In this document: positions 1 through 8,358 of the stretch, in pieces
Layout of the letters: the number at the start of each line of letters is the position of its first letter
Position numbering within the stretch: the stretch's first letter is position 1
Source of the DNA: a virus
Taxonomy: Duplodnaviria; Heunggongvirae; Uroviricota; Caudoviricetes
DNA: 13,715 nt
Reading direction: 5' to 3' (one strand)
Virus record (IMG/VR): IMGVR_UViG_3300029094_000007
Notes under the pieces: generated by a model
Database searches by the model: none
What the model was told of the DNA's origin: nothing
Seen by the model: the letters and a program-made list of their open reading frames with translations, nothing else
Made by a program: the position numbers and the translations under genes

Positions 1-638
1 GGCGAGCCAGTCCCTATACAACGCTGTGTCTGGAGTTTGTTATCGAACTGAATATCAAAACTGTCGATACAAAAACCGTTACCTCCGGCAACACCATTCA
101 GGCTTACTGCTGAAACCTCCTTAAACGAATAACGTAGCTTTCCTGCACTATCCACAGGTTCGCCTTTGATAAAATTCGTATCATCGGCCTTTGATTCCCA
201 GTCCAGTCCGGCAAAGGTTACGGTCGCTGTAATATCGCCGTCGTTAGGGATCTGCATTTTCCATGAGCCAACCTGCGCTCCTCTGACGACAGAGGCAATT
301 CCGACATCGGACGCATAGGTCGCCAGAGAAAATGTTATTCGCTCATTCCCCATTGTCAGAGAATCGCCTGACCATTCCGCGCCGAAACAGGATGCAAGAA
401 AATCATCATGTTGACCCCAGCGAAATTTGGTACCAACATCACCGCCGACATCCACAGTGCCAGGCGTCGCCCCCTGAGCCATCCGGGAGCCACCAATCTC
501 ATTATTTTCGCCTTTATTCTGGGTGGGTTTTACTCCCCAGCTTGTGCGTTTTAATAAACTCCAGTCACCACTTGCTGGCGTAGTGCCTGCAACCGTCTCC
601 CGGATAAATGCCGAGATAACCTTTGCACCTGAACTCAC
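1..638 (-). CDS. Phage major tail (tube) protein, 5' portion; C-terminus lies beyond the window start
   Basis: Hand translation of the minus strand from GTG at 638 is open for 212 codons to position 1 with no stop. AGGAGG sits 5 nt upstream of the GTG. It immediately follows the head-tail joining genes in the same orientation. Not in the ORF track, presumably because it is incomplete and GTG-initiated. Functional call is by position and Gly/Thr-rich composition only. Confidence 0.5.
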   Translation of the reverse strand, partial: MSSGAKVISAFIRETVAGTTPASGDWSLLKRTSWGVKPTQNKGENNEIGGSRMAQGATPGTVDVGGDVGTKFRWGQHDDFLASCFGAEWSGDSLTMGNERITFSLATYASDVGIASVVRGAQVGSWKMQIPNDGDITATVTFAGLDWESKADDTNFIKGEPVDSAGKLRYSFKEVSAVSLNGVAGGNGFCIDSFDIQFDNKLQTQRCIGTGS

Positions 639-664
639 AGGAGCCTCCTATGTCATTAATTGCG

Positions 665-1057
665 CTAGAGCGCGCGATATGGAATTTGAAGATTAAGCTG
701 GAACCAGCCATTCTTTTCGCCAACGGCTATTGAGGAAACAGCCTGGTAACTGAGACGATCGTCATCCTGAAACTCAAACAGTTCCCGCAATTTATCGGCT
801 GTCTCAGTAATGAGTTTTGAACCAGAACCTGCGGGGACAAATAACTGAATAATGATTATCCCCGTGCGATAAACAATCGGCCCCGCGCCAATTTCATTAA
901 CTCCAGCCTGCCCGGGAATATTACTTAACCGCGCCCAGATTAACTTACCGGAAGGATCGAACGTTGGCGCGTTCGGATACAATACGTCTTTTCCATCAAT
1001 AATCGTCTGTGCCGTCATTCTGGAAATAACCGTATTTCTGATTTCAGTAAACGTCAT
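665..1057 (-). CDS. Phage tail completion / tail terminator-like protein (130 aa)
   Basis: Track ORF. ATGA start/stop overlap with the upstream gp10-like gene. Canonical position between the head-tail joining genes and the tail tube gene. Function inferred from synteny. Confidence 0.45.
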   Translation of the reverse strand: MTFTEIRNTVISRMTAQTIIDGKDVLYPNAPTFDPSGKLIWARLSNIPGQAGVNEIGAGPIVYRTGIIIIQLFVPAGSGSKLITETADKLRELFEFQDDDRLSYQAVSSIAVGEKNGWFQLNLQIPYRAL

Positions 1058-1434
1058 TTGTAAGCCTGTAAAACACCATGAAAAGCGTTGGCATACACGC
1101 CAGTTGGCGCTTGTTGTGAATGACCGTTTTCAAGAGCCTCTGCATAAGGAAGGTTATTCTGGATATAAATAACTCCGTAATTTGCAGCTTTCGAAATAAC
1201 CCCGATCCCACGCTGAACCGCAATCGTACCGTTCGGATCCACGTTATCAGATATACCAAAATCGGGATGCTGTAACGACACCAGGTTGTTATTTCTGAAA
1301 CGTCCGGTATCAACCGGAGCAGCAATATCAATAGCAGTAAGAATCTGCATAGCGATGTAGCGAATTTTCAGCCCCACATCTTCCTCAATCATCCCGGCAA
1401 ATATTGACGGTTCTATATCCCATGCCTTTGCCAT
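1054..1434 (-). CDS. HK97 gp10-family head-tail joining protein (126 aa)
   Basis: Track ORF. Contains DTGRFRNN, matching the DTGR(L/F)R signature I recall for the HK97 gp10 family. Directly abuts neighbouring genes in an operon. Confidence 0.55.
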   Translation of the reverse strand: MAKAWDIEPSIFAGMIEEDVGLKIRYIAMQILTAIDIAAPVDTGRFRNNNLVSLQHPDFGISDNVDPNGTIAVQRGIGVISKAANYGVIYIQNNLPYAEALENGHSQQAPTGVYANAFHGVLQAYK

Positions 1435-1818
1435 TTACGCTCTCCTTAACTGGATAGAGTAAACTGATGCGGAAGGATCTACACTCGCTGTAATTACCTC
1501 GTATCGTTGTAACTGCCTTAATACAGGATCATAAATCTCAATAATATGGTCGACAGCGGGTTTATCCGTAACCTCGCATACCAGAGCGGTTAATTTAAGG
1601 TCACCATGCAAAATATTAATCCCATCAATTCTGCCCAGCTTATAACGTGTCAACACGCCTCGCCCGGTATAGATTGCGGTGGATTCGCCGCCAGTTTCCG
1701 TCACAGGATCCCAGTGCCGGTGCGTAACGTAAGAACCAGAAAAATCACTCACGGCGTCCGCTAAATCCTCATCAAAAGCAGCGGCAACCTCTGACTGAAT
1801 CTCTTCACGAAGCCCCAT
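1435..1818 (-). CDS. Phage head closure / head-tail adaptor protein (127 aa)
   Basis: Track ORF. Its start shares one base with the upstream stop (TAATG). Size and position are typical for this role; no diagnostic motif verified. Confidence 0.45.
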   Translation of the reverse strand: MGLREEIQSEVAAAFDEDLADAVSDFSGSYVTHRHWDPVTETGGESTAIYTGRGVLTRYKLGRIDGINILHGDLKLTALVCEVTDKPAVDHIIEIYDPVLRQLQRYEVITASVDPSASVYSIQLRRA

Positions 1819-2213
1819 TATCCCCCCCTCACAACTCTGACTTGTGAGCGACTAAGTCCGTACGGTTTCAGCAGTGCTATCGCAAGCTGTAAATCGGGTT
1901 CAAGCAATACAGTGCTGTTTGCTGGCAACTCAGCAAATGATTTCGATACACTGACCCCGTCAGCCGACACGGCTTTACTGATAACAACGCCAGAATCATT
2001 TTTCTGCTGAAACAACTTACCGAATGAGGCAATTCTGGCTGCATATGCTCCCGCAAGTTTTACCTCTTCCGGAATACGGGATGGGTTAATTTTCAGGTTG
2101 AAGCCATTAAGCCAGGCATTAGCCATCAAAACAGCTTTATTTTTAGCGTTCTCACTCGTCCAGGCGTTCCCAAACGCATTATCAACGTCATCACAGGTCA
2201 CGTAAGTGATCAT
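1818..2213 (-). CDS. Phage gp6-like head-tail connector protein (131 aa)
   Basis: Track ORF. N-terminus MITYVTCDDVDNAFG resembles the MIT..D.. start of gp6-like connector proteins. Lies downstream of the capsid gene. Confidence 0.45.
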   Translation of the reverse strand: MITYVTCDDVDNAFGNAWTSENAKNKAVLMANAWLNGFNLKINPSRIPEEVKLAGAYAARIASFGKLFQQKNDSGVVISKAVSADGVSVSKSFAELPANSTVLLEPDLQLAIALLKPYGLSRSQVRVVRGG

Positions 2214-2216
2214 GTG

Positions 2217-2393
2217 TTACTCCTGAGTTTTCCAGCCCATAGCCTTCCAGTTGTCAACTTCATCAGGATGAACATTAGCGATAGTTGGTGCGCCGGGAAA
2301 CATCTGATAATCGGTCACCATAACCACTAACTCAATTTGCGTTTTTTGTGCGGCTTCACGCTGTGCTCTTTGCTCTTTAGTTAATCCGGCCAT
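2217..2393 (-). CDS. Small hypothetical protein (58 aa), missing from the supplied track
   Basis: Hand translation gives MAGLTKEQRAQREAAQKTQIELVVMVTDYQMFPGAPTIANVHPDEVDNWKAMGWKTQE then TAA. GGAGGG lies just upstream of the ATG. It exactly fills the gap between the post-capsid hairpin and the connector gene, ending 3 nt before the connector start. Confidence 0.4.
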   Translation of the reverse strand: MAGLTKEQRAQREAAQKTQIELVVMVTDYQMFPGAPTIANVHPDEVDNWKAMGWKTQE

Positions 2394-2404
2394 ATGCCCT
2401 CCAT

Positions 2405-2426
2405 TAAAAATGGGGCCGAAGCCCCG
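2405..2426 (-). terminator. Intrinsic-terminator-like hairpin downstream of the major capsid gene
   Basis: Minus-strand RNA: GGGGC-UUCG-GCCCC followed by AUUUUUA, about 10 nt after the capsid stop codon. Short stem, so possibly only a partial terminator. Confidence 0.4.
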
Positions 2427-2435
2427 TTTGAATGT

Positions 2436-3575
2436 TTAACCAAGAATCAGACAACCATGTGCCGGCTTCACTGATGAAACACCCCATGCCAGTCCAACTT
2501 CATAGCGCACCTGGCGATACTGACGATACAGTGCAATCTGGAACGTAATCCCTGAAATCGGGTCCGTAACATTCATTACATCATCAGCATTATCGCCACC
2601 TTCCGGCATTGCCGGAGTACGGGATGCCAGCAGAAACGCGTTGCGATCAAACGCCATATTTGCAGTAAAGGAGCCAAGAACTGTGATTGCAGTATCATCG
2701 GCCAGATCCTGACGCAGTCCGGGCGCTGCAAGAGTAATCAGATTGCTGGTCGCTGCTGCCACAACATACTGATTCGGATCGCCAGCGAACGTAACAATCT
2801 GACCTGCAGAAATACTCCCCGAACCAGTATCAATGGAAATAAGAACATCGCCTTCTTTTTTCTCGCCATTCACGAGATAACCAGTTGCAGCAACCTTTGG
2901 CGCTCGTTTTACACCTGCCGAACTGTGAATATTGAATCCCTCCAGACGCCCCAACACGCCCTCACGCAGTAGCTGTTCAGTGCCGGATTCATTCACTTTA
3001 AACAGTACAGACTGTTTTCCGCGCAAATTAGCAATGGCAGTGGAGCCAAGCACCATCTGCAGATCGGTTGTCGGTGCGCCGTTATCCTCCAGAACCTGAC
3101 GAGCCAGAGCAGCATCAGAAAGATCATCTTTAACACCAAACGGCGTTGTCCCTGCGGTTCCCACGGCGCGGGAAGCACCGAAATACAACGCACCAAGATC
3201 AGCCTCAACCTCGTTTGCAAGGGCGCGAAAAGCCTGCTTGAACTGATCAGCCAGAATGGTGTTGTAAGTCCCTGAAGGGCCAAGAGCCAGTTGTTCTTCA
3301 CCATTCCATTTAACCGGTGCCATTTTGGATTTAGTAATTTTCACATCAACAGTGCCAATATTTTGATCACCGGTATTCGGAGCTGACGGCCCCGGTACGA
3401 TATCTTCGGTTTTCGCCTCAGGCGCAACTGGCGCGGTTACCGTCTGATCTTTTGCTGCGGCGTCAGCTTTTGCGTTTTTTGCTACCGCAGGGATAAAACC
3501 TACCTGCTCACGGGATACAATATCCAGGGCGGTATAAATAGTCGGGATCAACCCGGTCAGGGTATTTCCAGCCAT
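2436..3575 (-). CDS. Phage major capsid protein (380 aa from ATG at 3575; track ORF extends to 3668)
   Basis: Largest structural ORF after scaffold. The ATG at 3575 (MAGNTLTGLIPTIY...) is preceded by AAGGAA; the upstream extension to 3668 would overlap the scaffold gene end. Gly/Thr/Ala-rich composition typical of coat proteins. Family not determined. Confidence 0.65.
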   Translation of the reverse strand: MAGNTLTGLIPTIYTALDIVSREQVGFIPAVAKNAKADAAAKDQTVTAPVAPEAKTEDIVPGPSAPNTGDQNIGTVDVKITKSKMAPVKWNGEEQLALGPSGTYNTILADQFKQAFRALANEVEADLGALYFGASRAVGTAGTTPFGVKDDLSDAALARQVLEDNGAPTTDLQMVLGSTAIANLRGKQSVLFKVNESGTEQLLREGVLGRLEGFNIHSSAGVKRAPKVAATGYLVNGEKKEGDVLISIDTGSGSISAGQIVTFAGDPNQYVVAAATSNLITLAAPGLRQDLADDTAITVLGSFTANMAFDRNAFLLASRTPAMPEGGDNADDVMNVTDPISGITFQIALYRQYRQVRYEVGLAWGVSSVKPAHGCLILG

Positions 3576-3673
3576 AATTAAATATTCCTTAAAAATTTGC
3601 GTAATTGTGAATAGATGGAGTAATGAGCTATCCAGCCCTGACACCAGCACCCATCCGGAAGCTGACAAATGTG

Positions 3674-4438
3674 TTAATCAACAATTGTGATACCGTCTTT
3701 CAATGCGTTTTGCTTACCTGCAACATCCAGTGCATCAAAAGCAGAGCGTTTCATCGTTTTCTGACCAATATCATGCTGTGTCGGACGGGAGCCGCCGCCA
3801 TTGTTGCCACTGGCTTTCAGGATGTAGTCTTTCTGAGGGTAATTTTCGACGAGGAACTCCAGCGCCTCATCAAACTGCGCCAGTTCGCCAGGCTTCGCGC
3901 GGGAATAAATTTTGTTGCCGGAAGCGTCATAAGCAACGATCTTCCCTTCTTCCACTTTGAATGCCTGCCCGAAGCGGGCTTGTAATAAATCTGCCGGGAT
4001 CGCAATTTTATCGGCAATATATTTTGAACCCGCAAAACTACCGCCAATCATAGAATCGTAAAGCTGCGTCTCCAGCATCTGAGAGCGTTGCTTTTCTTCA
4101 TCTAATTGCTGCTGAAAATTTTTCGTAATTTCTGCCTTAACCTGGTCAACCTGTCCCGCATCGATCAGCTTTTTCTGGTCGATTTTTGACAGCATTTCCA
4201 GTGCCTCGATCGCCTTCTTCGGGTCTTCGATAGCGGCAAACTTAGCCAGTTTTTCCTCTGCAGCTTCTTTAGCCAGGCGATGATTTTTTGCCTCGCCATT
4301 AAGCTCTGTAATTTTTTTTATCGCCAGCGGTGCATCGAAGCCGATTTCTTTACCATCGTCGTGCACATAAACTGGCAGGCCAGCAGTATCAATTTCTGCG
4401 TATTGTTTTCCGTTAATCTCGACCGTTTTCAGTTTCAT
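3674..4438 (-). CDS. Phage capsid scaffolding protein (254 aa from ATG at 4438)
   Basis: Track ORF 3674..4510; internal start MKLKTVEINGKQY at 4438 chosen because the upstream extension runs through the terminator hairpin. Highly charged, helix-prone sequence (AKEAAEEKLAKFAAIEDPKKAIEALEMLSKIDQKKL). Sits between head morphogenesis and capsid genes. Confidence 0.5.
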   Translation of the reverse strand: MKLKTVEINGKQYAEIDTAGLPVYVHDDGKEIGFDAPLAIKKITELNGEAKNHRLAKEAAEEKLAKFAAIEDPKKAIEALEMLSKIDQKKLIDAGQVDQVKAEITKNFQQQLDEEKQRSQMLETQLYDSMIGGSFAGSKYIADKIAIPADLLQARFGQAFKVEEGKIVAYDASGNKIYSRAKPGELAQFDEALEFLVENYPQKDYILKASGNNGGGSRPTQHDIGQKTMKRSAFDALDVAGKQNALKDGITIVD

Positions 4439-4495
4439 ATTAGTACCTGGTTTAAGTCTTCCGACAGTTACGCTGCTCACCATCCGGATCGCAGC

Positions 4496-4522
4496 AATAA
4501 AAAAGGCCACCCGAAGGTAGCC
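4496..4522 (-). terminator. Intrinsic-terminator-like hairpin between head morphogenesis and scaffold genes
   Basis: Minus-strand RNA: GGCUACC-UUCG-GGUGGCC (7 bp stem with one G-U pair, UUCG tetraloop) followed by UUUUUUAUU. The plus-strand reading is also followed by a T-run, so it could act in both directions. Confidence 0.5.
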
Positions 4523-4542
4523 TTTTGTAATAAATGATTTAT

Positions 4543-5658
4543 TTAAATCCCTGCTTTTCTGAATACCTGTGCATCACGCTCACGGAGTTGCTTCAGCGTC
4601 AGCCATTCGCCTTTATCGGTGTAAAATTCATCTGGCGACATACCACCATCCCGAATCAGCTTTGCCCGGGTTTCCCCCACAATCTGTTTTTGTCTGGTGT
4701 AAGGCTGGCGCAAAAACCATTCCCTGTAGGTTGTATCTCCGGCCACCACGCCATCCATGCTGGCCCGCTCAGCCGGGGAAATATCACGAACATCAATACC
4801 CAGTTCCTTCGCTGATTTCAGAATGAACGTTTCCGTTGAGCGGCAGCAGAAATGAATTTTTCCCGGCCCCTGCAAATAAGGCACGCTGTGACCTACAGGT
4901 TTATTATCCAGCGTATATTTGAGGCGATCCCTGATTCGACATTGTGGCGTAGTACGATTATCAAGCGTTGATAACCATTGCTTACCCTTAATCAAATCAT
5001 TATTCGCGCTGGCAAAACTCTCACGGGCAGTAGCAGCAAGATGTCCAACCGCTGTTTTTGCAATGCTGGCCGCATTAGCCCGGCTCATCTGCAATGCACC
5101 ATCCTGAAATCCCTTACTGACATGTCCCCGAATTTTTCTTGCGATCTGCTCATTGGTATCCCCCAGCAAAAAACCCTGACGCACCGTATTTGTTATGCGT
5201 CTGAGCCGATCCGCCTCAAGATCCGAGGCCCACTCACTGAGCAGTCGTCCCTGGAATGGTCGCGCCATTGCAGCGGCGTAAAGTGCATCAGAAGAGATAC
5301 CAACCAGAGGGTGAACATCAGCAACAAAATCAGGTAGCAGAGAATCAAACAGACTTAACTGATAACCAGCCTCATAAATTGCCAGCTCGTTCAGCTCTCC
5401 GGAGAGACTGGTAAACATGCTGTTAATAGCAGCGCGGTTAACCTCTCTGACACTCGCCAGAAGTGACTCCAGGCGCGTAACGGTAAAACTACCAGGATCG
5501 AGGCTGTCCAGTGCTACCAGCAGGCGAGCTGTAAGCTCCGCATCGCTGTCATTCAGTATTTTCACCATTCTGGCAGCCACACCAGTGCTATAGCGGGATA
5601 TCCAGACTGCATGAGCAATTGATTCATCACGCAGCCGTTCATTCACGGTTTGCATCAT
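4543..5658 (-). CDS. Phage head morphogenesis protein, Mu gpF / SPP1 gp7-like (371 aa)
   Basis: Track ORF overlapping the portal gene 3' end. Position after portal and conserved-looking segments (TTPQCR...HFCCRST) match my recollection of the Mu-F-like minor head protein family. Confidence 0.6.
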   Translation of the reverse strand: MMQTVNERLRDESIAHAVWISRYSTGVAARMVKILNDSDAELTARLLVALDSLDPGSFTVTRLESLLASVREVNRAAINSMFTSLSGELNELAIYEAGYQLSLFDSLLPDFVADVHPLVGISSDALYAAAMARPFQGRLLSEWASDLEADRLRRITNTVRQGFLLGDTNEQIARKIRGHVSKGFQDGALQMSRANAASIAKTAVGHLAATARESFASANNDLIKGKQWLSTLDNRTTPQCRIRDRLKYTLDNKPVGHSVPYLQGPGKIHFCCRSTETFILKSAKELGIDVRDISPAERASMDGVVAGDTTYREWFLRQPYTRQKQIVGETRAKLIRDGGMSPDEFYTDKGEWLTLKQLRERDAQVFRKAGI

Positions 5659-7045
5659 TGATTTCCATCAGCATTACACTCTGATTTTTTAATTCATCGA
5701 TCACTTCCTCTGGACGGGAATCCTGATCGATAAATTTCAACGCCTGCAACACCCGAACCGCATCAATCTGACGTATATCACCGCCCTGACGCAATGACTG
5801 AACAGCCAGCGCGGAGGATGAGTCAAACACCTGGGCAGATACATCCAGTTCAGTGCGCACATCCACATTGCCACCGCAACTCTCTCCGCTCCATTCCGCC
5901 ATTATCTGGAGAATATTATCGAGGGCATCTTCGAGGGAGTTCGCCATTGTATAAAGCGGCGAGTGTTCCTGCATCCGCTCTTCATTAGTCTGATCAACAG
6001 ATTTGGTGGATGTATTTTCAGCCCGCAGAAGTTTAGCGCCGGCATGACGCATCTGATTTTCCAGCTTCTCAAGTGATGTTTCGCCAGATTCTATCGCTGC
6101 GCCACTATGTTCAACATATTCGAGGCCATTTTTTGTTCTGTCCTCAAAAATCGTAGCGGTGGATGCACCAACCGTCAGTTCTTCATTCCTGTCCAGCCCG
6201 TAGGCCACCAGCAATGGAACGCGGGCAACATGAAGAATATTGTCCTGCTCGCTCTGGCTTTGCCAGTGCTTGATATTCAGCAAGCCAAGATTAAGCAATG
6301 GCGGTGTACCACGCATAAACCCTGTTTTCTTCGTATACAGTGTTACCAGAGGAATATCATCACGGCTGGTATTCCATGACTCATGAAGCGTCCAGACAGA
6401 TTCGCCATTAGTACCTTCGCTGTGTCGATAAATTTCAACTCGACGGGGCATAATATGGCGGATCTGCTCCACCTTCTTCTGCCCGAAATCATCACCATCA
6501 ATAATGATGACCTCTTTTATACGCAAATCAGTGAGAACAACTTTCCCTTTTTCAACTTTCGATTTCCATCCAATAACCTGGCGTGGATTCAGCATCGTAA
6601 CGTACGGGCGACCACCGGCCGCGTTTTCATCGGCTTTTGTCCGAATCTCGTTCATATCCGTTCGTGGATAGTCCACCAGCGCATGTGCCACACCATATTG
6701 AAATGCGAGACTGAAAAATTGCTGCGCCCACACATCCAGTCGGCTCCCCTCCATGTCGATATTTTCTGCATATTCCCTGATTTTTTCCGGCGTTTCCTCA
6801 CTCAATACTGTCGGCTCTGCAAATATGCGCCCAATATTTTGTTTGATGCTTTCTTCATACACAGGAAGTAGCGTAGCCACAGACAGGCGTTTTTTATAAG
6901 CGTCTTCATCTTCATTAGGCCATTTGGGGAGATAATTTTCCCCCTGCCTGCGCATTTCAAGCGTACCGCCCATCAATGCGTCGTTAATATCCCACGCTTC
7001 CAGCATATCGTTATAGTCGAGGTTGGGTGTTGATATATCAGCCAT
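5639..7045 (-). CDS. Phage portal protein (468 aa)
   Basis: Track ORF starting 3 nt after the large terminase stop. Size and position are canonical for a portal; acidic C-terminal region. Confidence 0.7.
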   Translation of the reverse strand: MADISTPNLDYNDMLEAWDINDALMGGTLEMRRQGENYLPKWPNEDEDAYKKRLSVATLLPVYEESIKQNIGRIFAEPTVLSEETPEKIREYAENIDMEGSRLDVWAQQFFSLAFQYGVAHALVDYPRTDMNEIRTKADENAAGGRPYVTMLNPRQVIGWKSKVEKGKVVLTDLRIKEVIIIDGDDFGQKKVEQIRHIMPRRVEIYRHSEGTNGESVWTLHESWNTSRDDIPLVTLYTKKTGFMRGTPPLLNLGLLNIKHWQSQSEQDNILHVARVPLLVAYGLDRNEELTVGASTATIFEDRTKNGLEYVEHSGAAIESGETSLEKLENQMRHAGAKLLRAENTSTKSVDQTNEERMQEHSPLYTMANSLEDALDNILQIMAEWSGESCGGNVDVRTELDVSAQVFDSSSALAVQSLRQGGDIRQIDAVRVLQALKFIDQDSRPEEVIDELKNQSVMLMEINDANRE

Positions 7046-7047
7046 AA

Positions 7048-8358
7048 TTAAATCCGAAGTGATGTGACTCTTCCGGTCGGTTTGACAATAGGGAATTGCT
7101 TAACGATGAAATAACCTCCGGCATCATTCGGGTGATCATTGCCAGATTTTTTATCAGGCTCCCCCTTATCATCCCAGACCTGTTGCTCCAGAGATTCGGC
7201 ATATACCGGACAACGCTTCACATTAACTTTATAGCGACGCTCACCATTGGCATTGCAGAACATTGCATTCATTGAGTTAACGCGATCTTTTACTGGCGGG
7301 TTCGAGCTGTTCACCACAACGTTAAAACCTGCCTGCTTAAGCTGGGCTATATCCGTCGTACTTGCGTTACTTGATTTTCTGGAATCTCCGGAAGCATCTG
7401 GATAAATATAAATCTCCCTCACTTTCCGGTAATCATTCCCGTCATACAGCCAGAAGCGTTCTTTAATGATGCGGATCATATCCGGCGTATCGTAAGCATT
7501 GATGATTTCAGTTACCGCACATGGAAGCCCCAAACGCAGCACATGGATGATTCCCGCCATCTTTCCAACGTTAAAATCCATCCCAATATAAATCGGCTCC
7601 CCTGGCTGCTCCACTTCTTCGCAATTATTCAGTTTCCGGTCAAACTGATGGTAAACAGTACCACTTGTCAGGTTAGTAAATTGCCCTCGAAGATAGGCTT
7701 TAATCAGCTCTGGAGGGTATGATTCAAGAAGCGAAGGAATGTAATCTGCTGGCAGGTTCTTTTCATTATCGAAAGTAGATGCCTGCACCAGACCATACAG
7801 TGAGGCCAGCTCTGTTTTTTCACGCACGGCTTTAACAAACTGCTCGTAGACAAATTTGAATCCTTCCGGCGTGGTTGTAACGTCAATACCGTTGCGAAGT
7901 CCATCAATCTTATAACGCATACGCGCAATTATCTTGCGCCACGCCGTTCTGGCTTTTTCCTTCGGCAAAATGTCCAGTTCATCCACCAGCGCATTACCAA
8001 TTTTGAAACCGACGATCGTTTGTGGCTTCTCCATCGATCTGCAGATAGTGGTTCCCCGATACTGGCGTCCGTAATAAAAGTGAACCTCTTTATTTCCCTC
8101 ATTAATTTTTACGTTCAATCCCCAGTCAGCAGCAACTTCTTCCACTGTAGGGTAAAAAATATCGCGAATTTGGGGATACGTTGGCGCAAAATATCCCTGA
8201 TTTATACCTGGATGCTCCCAAATCCCCTTGCATATGCCGCCACACCCAACCCATGTTTTGCCCGAGCCAAAACCAGCAATATAGGCTTTAAATTTATGGG
8301 GCATTGAAAGAAATCGCGCCTGAGGCACATTAAGCGTCGGAGAGATCATCTTCATCAC
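7048..8358 (-). CDS. Phage terminase large subunit (436 aa; start may be one of the nearby in-frame ATGs)
   Basis: Walker A-like motif GFGSGKT near the N-terminus and acidic nuclease-type segments (YIYPDASGDS, GMDFNVG) in the C-terminal half. Overlaps the 3' end of the small terminase candidate. Confidence 0.85.
   Translation of the reverse strand: MMKMISPTLNVPQARFLSMPHKFKAYIAGFGSGKTWVGCGGICKGIWEHPGINQGYFAPTYPQIRDIFYPTVEEVAADWGLNVKINEGNKEVHFYYGRQYRGTTICRSMEKPQTIVGFKIGNALVDELDILPKEKARTAWRKIIARMRYKIDGLRNGIDVTTTPEGFKFVYEQFVKAVREKTELASLYGLVQASTFDNEKNLPADYIPSLLESYPPELIKAYLRGQFTNLTSGTVYHQFDRKLNNCEEVEQPGEPIYIGMDFNVGKMAGIIHVLRLGLPCAVTEIINAYDTPDMIRIIKERFWLYDGNDYRKVREIYIYPDASGDSRKSSNASTTDIAQLKQAGFNVVVNSSNPPVKDRVNSMNAMFCNANGERRYKVNVKRCPVYAESLEQQVWDDKGEPDKKSGNDHPNDAGGYFIVKQFPIVKPTGRVTSLRI

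Noticed and set aside
332-583. Plus-strand 83-aa ORF
   Set aside because: Lies entirely inside the minus-strand tail tube reading frame, which is open across the whole region. No ribosome-binding site, and an implausible His/Pro-rich sequence. Antisense artefact.
1044-1331. Minus-strand 95-aa ORF overlapping the gp10-like gene in another frame
   Set aside because: Fully nested in a longer gene with a recognisable family motif; hydrophobic junk-like sequence. The neighbouring genes already tile the region without gaps.
2993-3304. Minus-strand 103-aa ORF inside the major capsid gene
   Set aside because: Alternative frame of the capsid gene. The capsid frame is longer and fits the operon packing.
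3623-4047. Plus- and minus-strand ORFs of 76 to 120 aa over the scaffold gene
   Set aside because: All are nested in or antisense to the scaffold reading frame, with no independent start context. Treated as frame shadows.
4280-5337. Several plus-strand ORFs of 62 to 119 aa across the scaffold and head morphogenesis genes
   Set aside because: Antisense to long, well-supported minus-strand genes. There is no plus-strand operon context anywhere in the window.
5794-6871. Plus-strand ORFs of 64, 90 and 162 aa antisense to the portal gene
   Set aside because: The 162-aa ORF is the longest plus-strand frame, but it lies wholly within the portal coding region and its sequence is Phe/Ile/Asn-rich. 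Most likely a shadow frame; only conservation analysis could revive it.
7704-8307. ORFs of 74 and 95 aa within the large terminase gene
   Set aside because: Nested in or antisense to the large terminase gene, which has clear ATPase and nuclease motifs.
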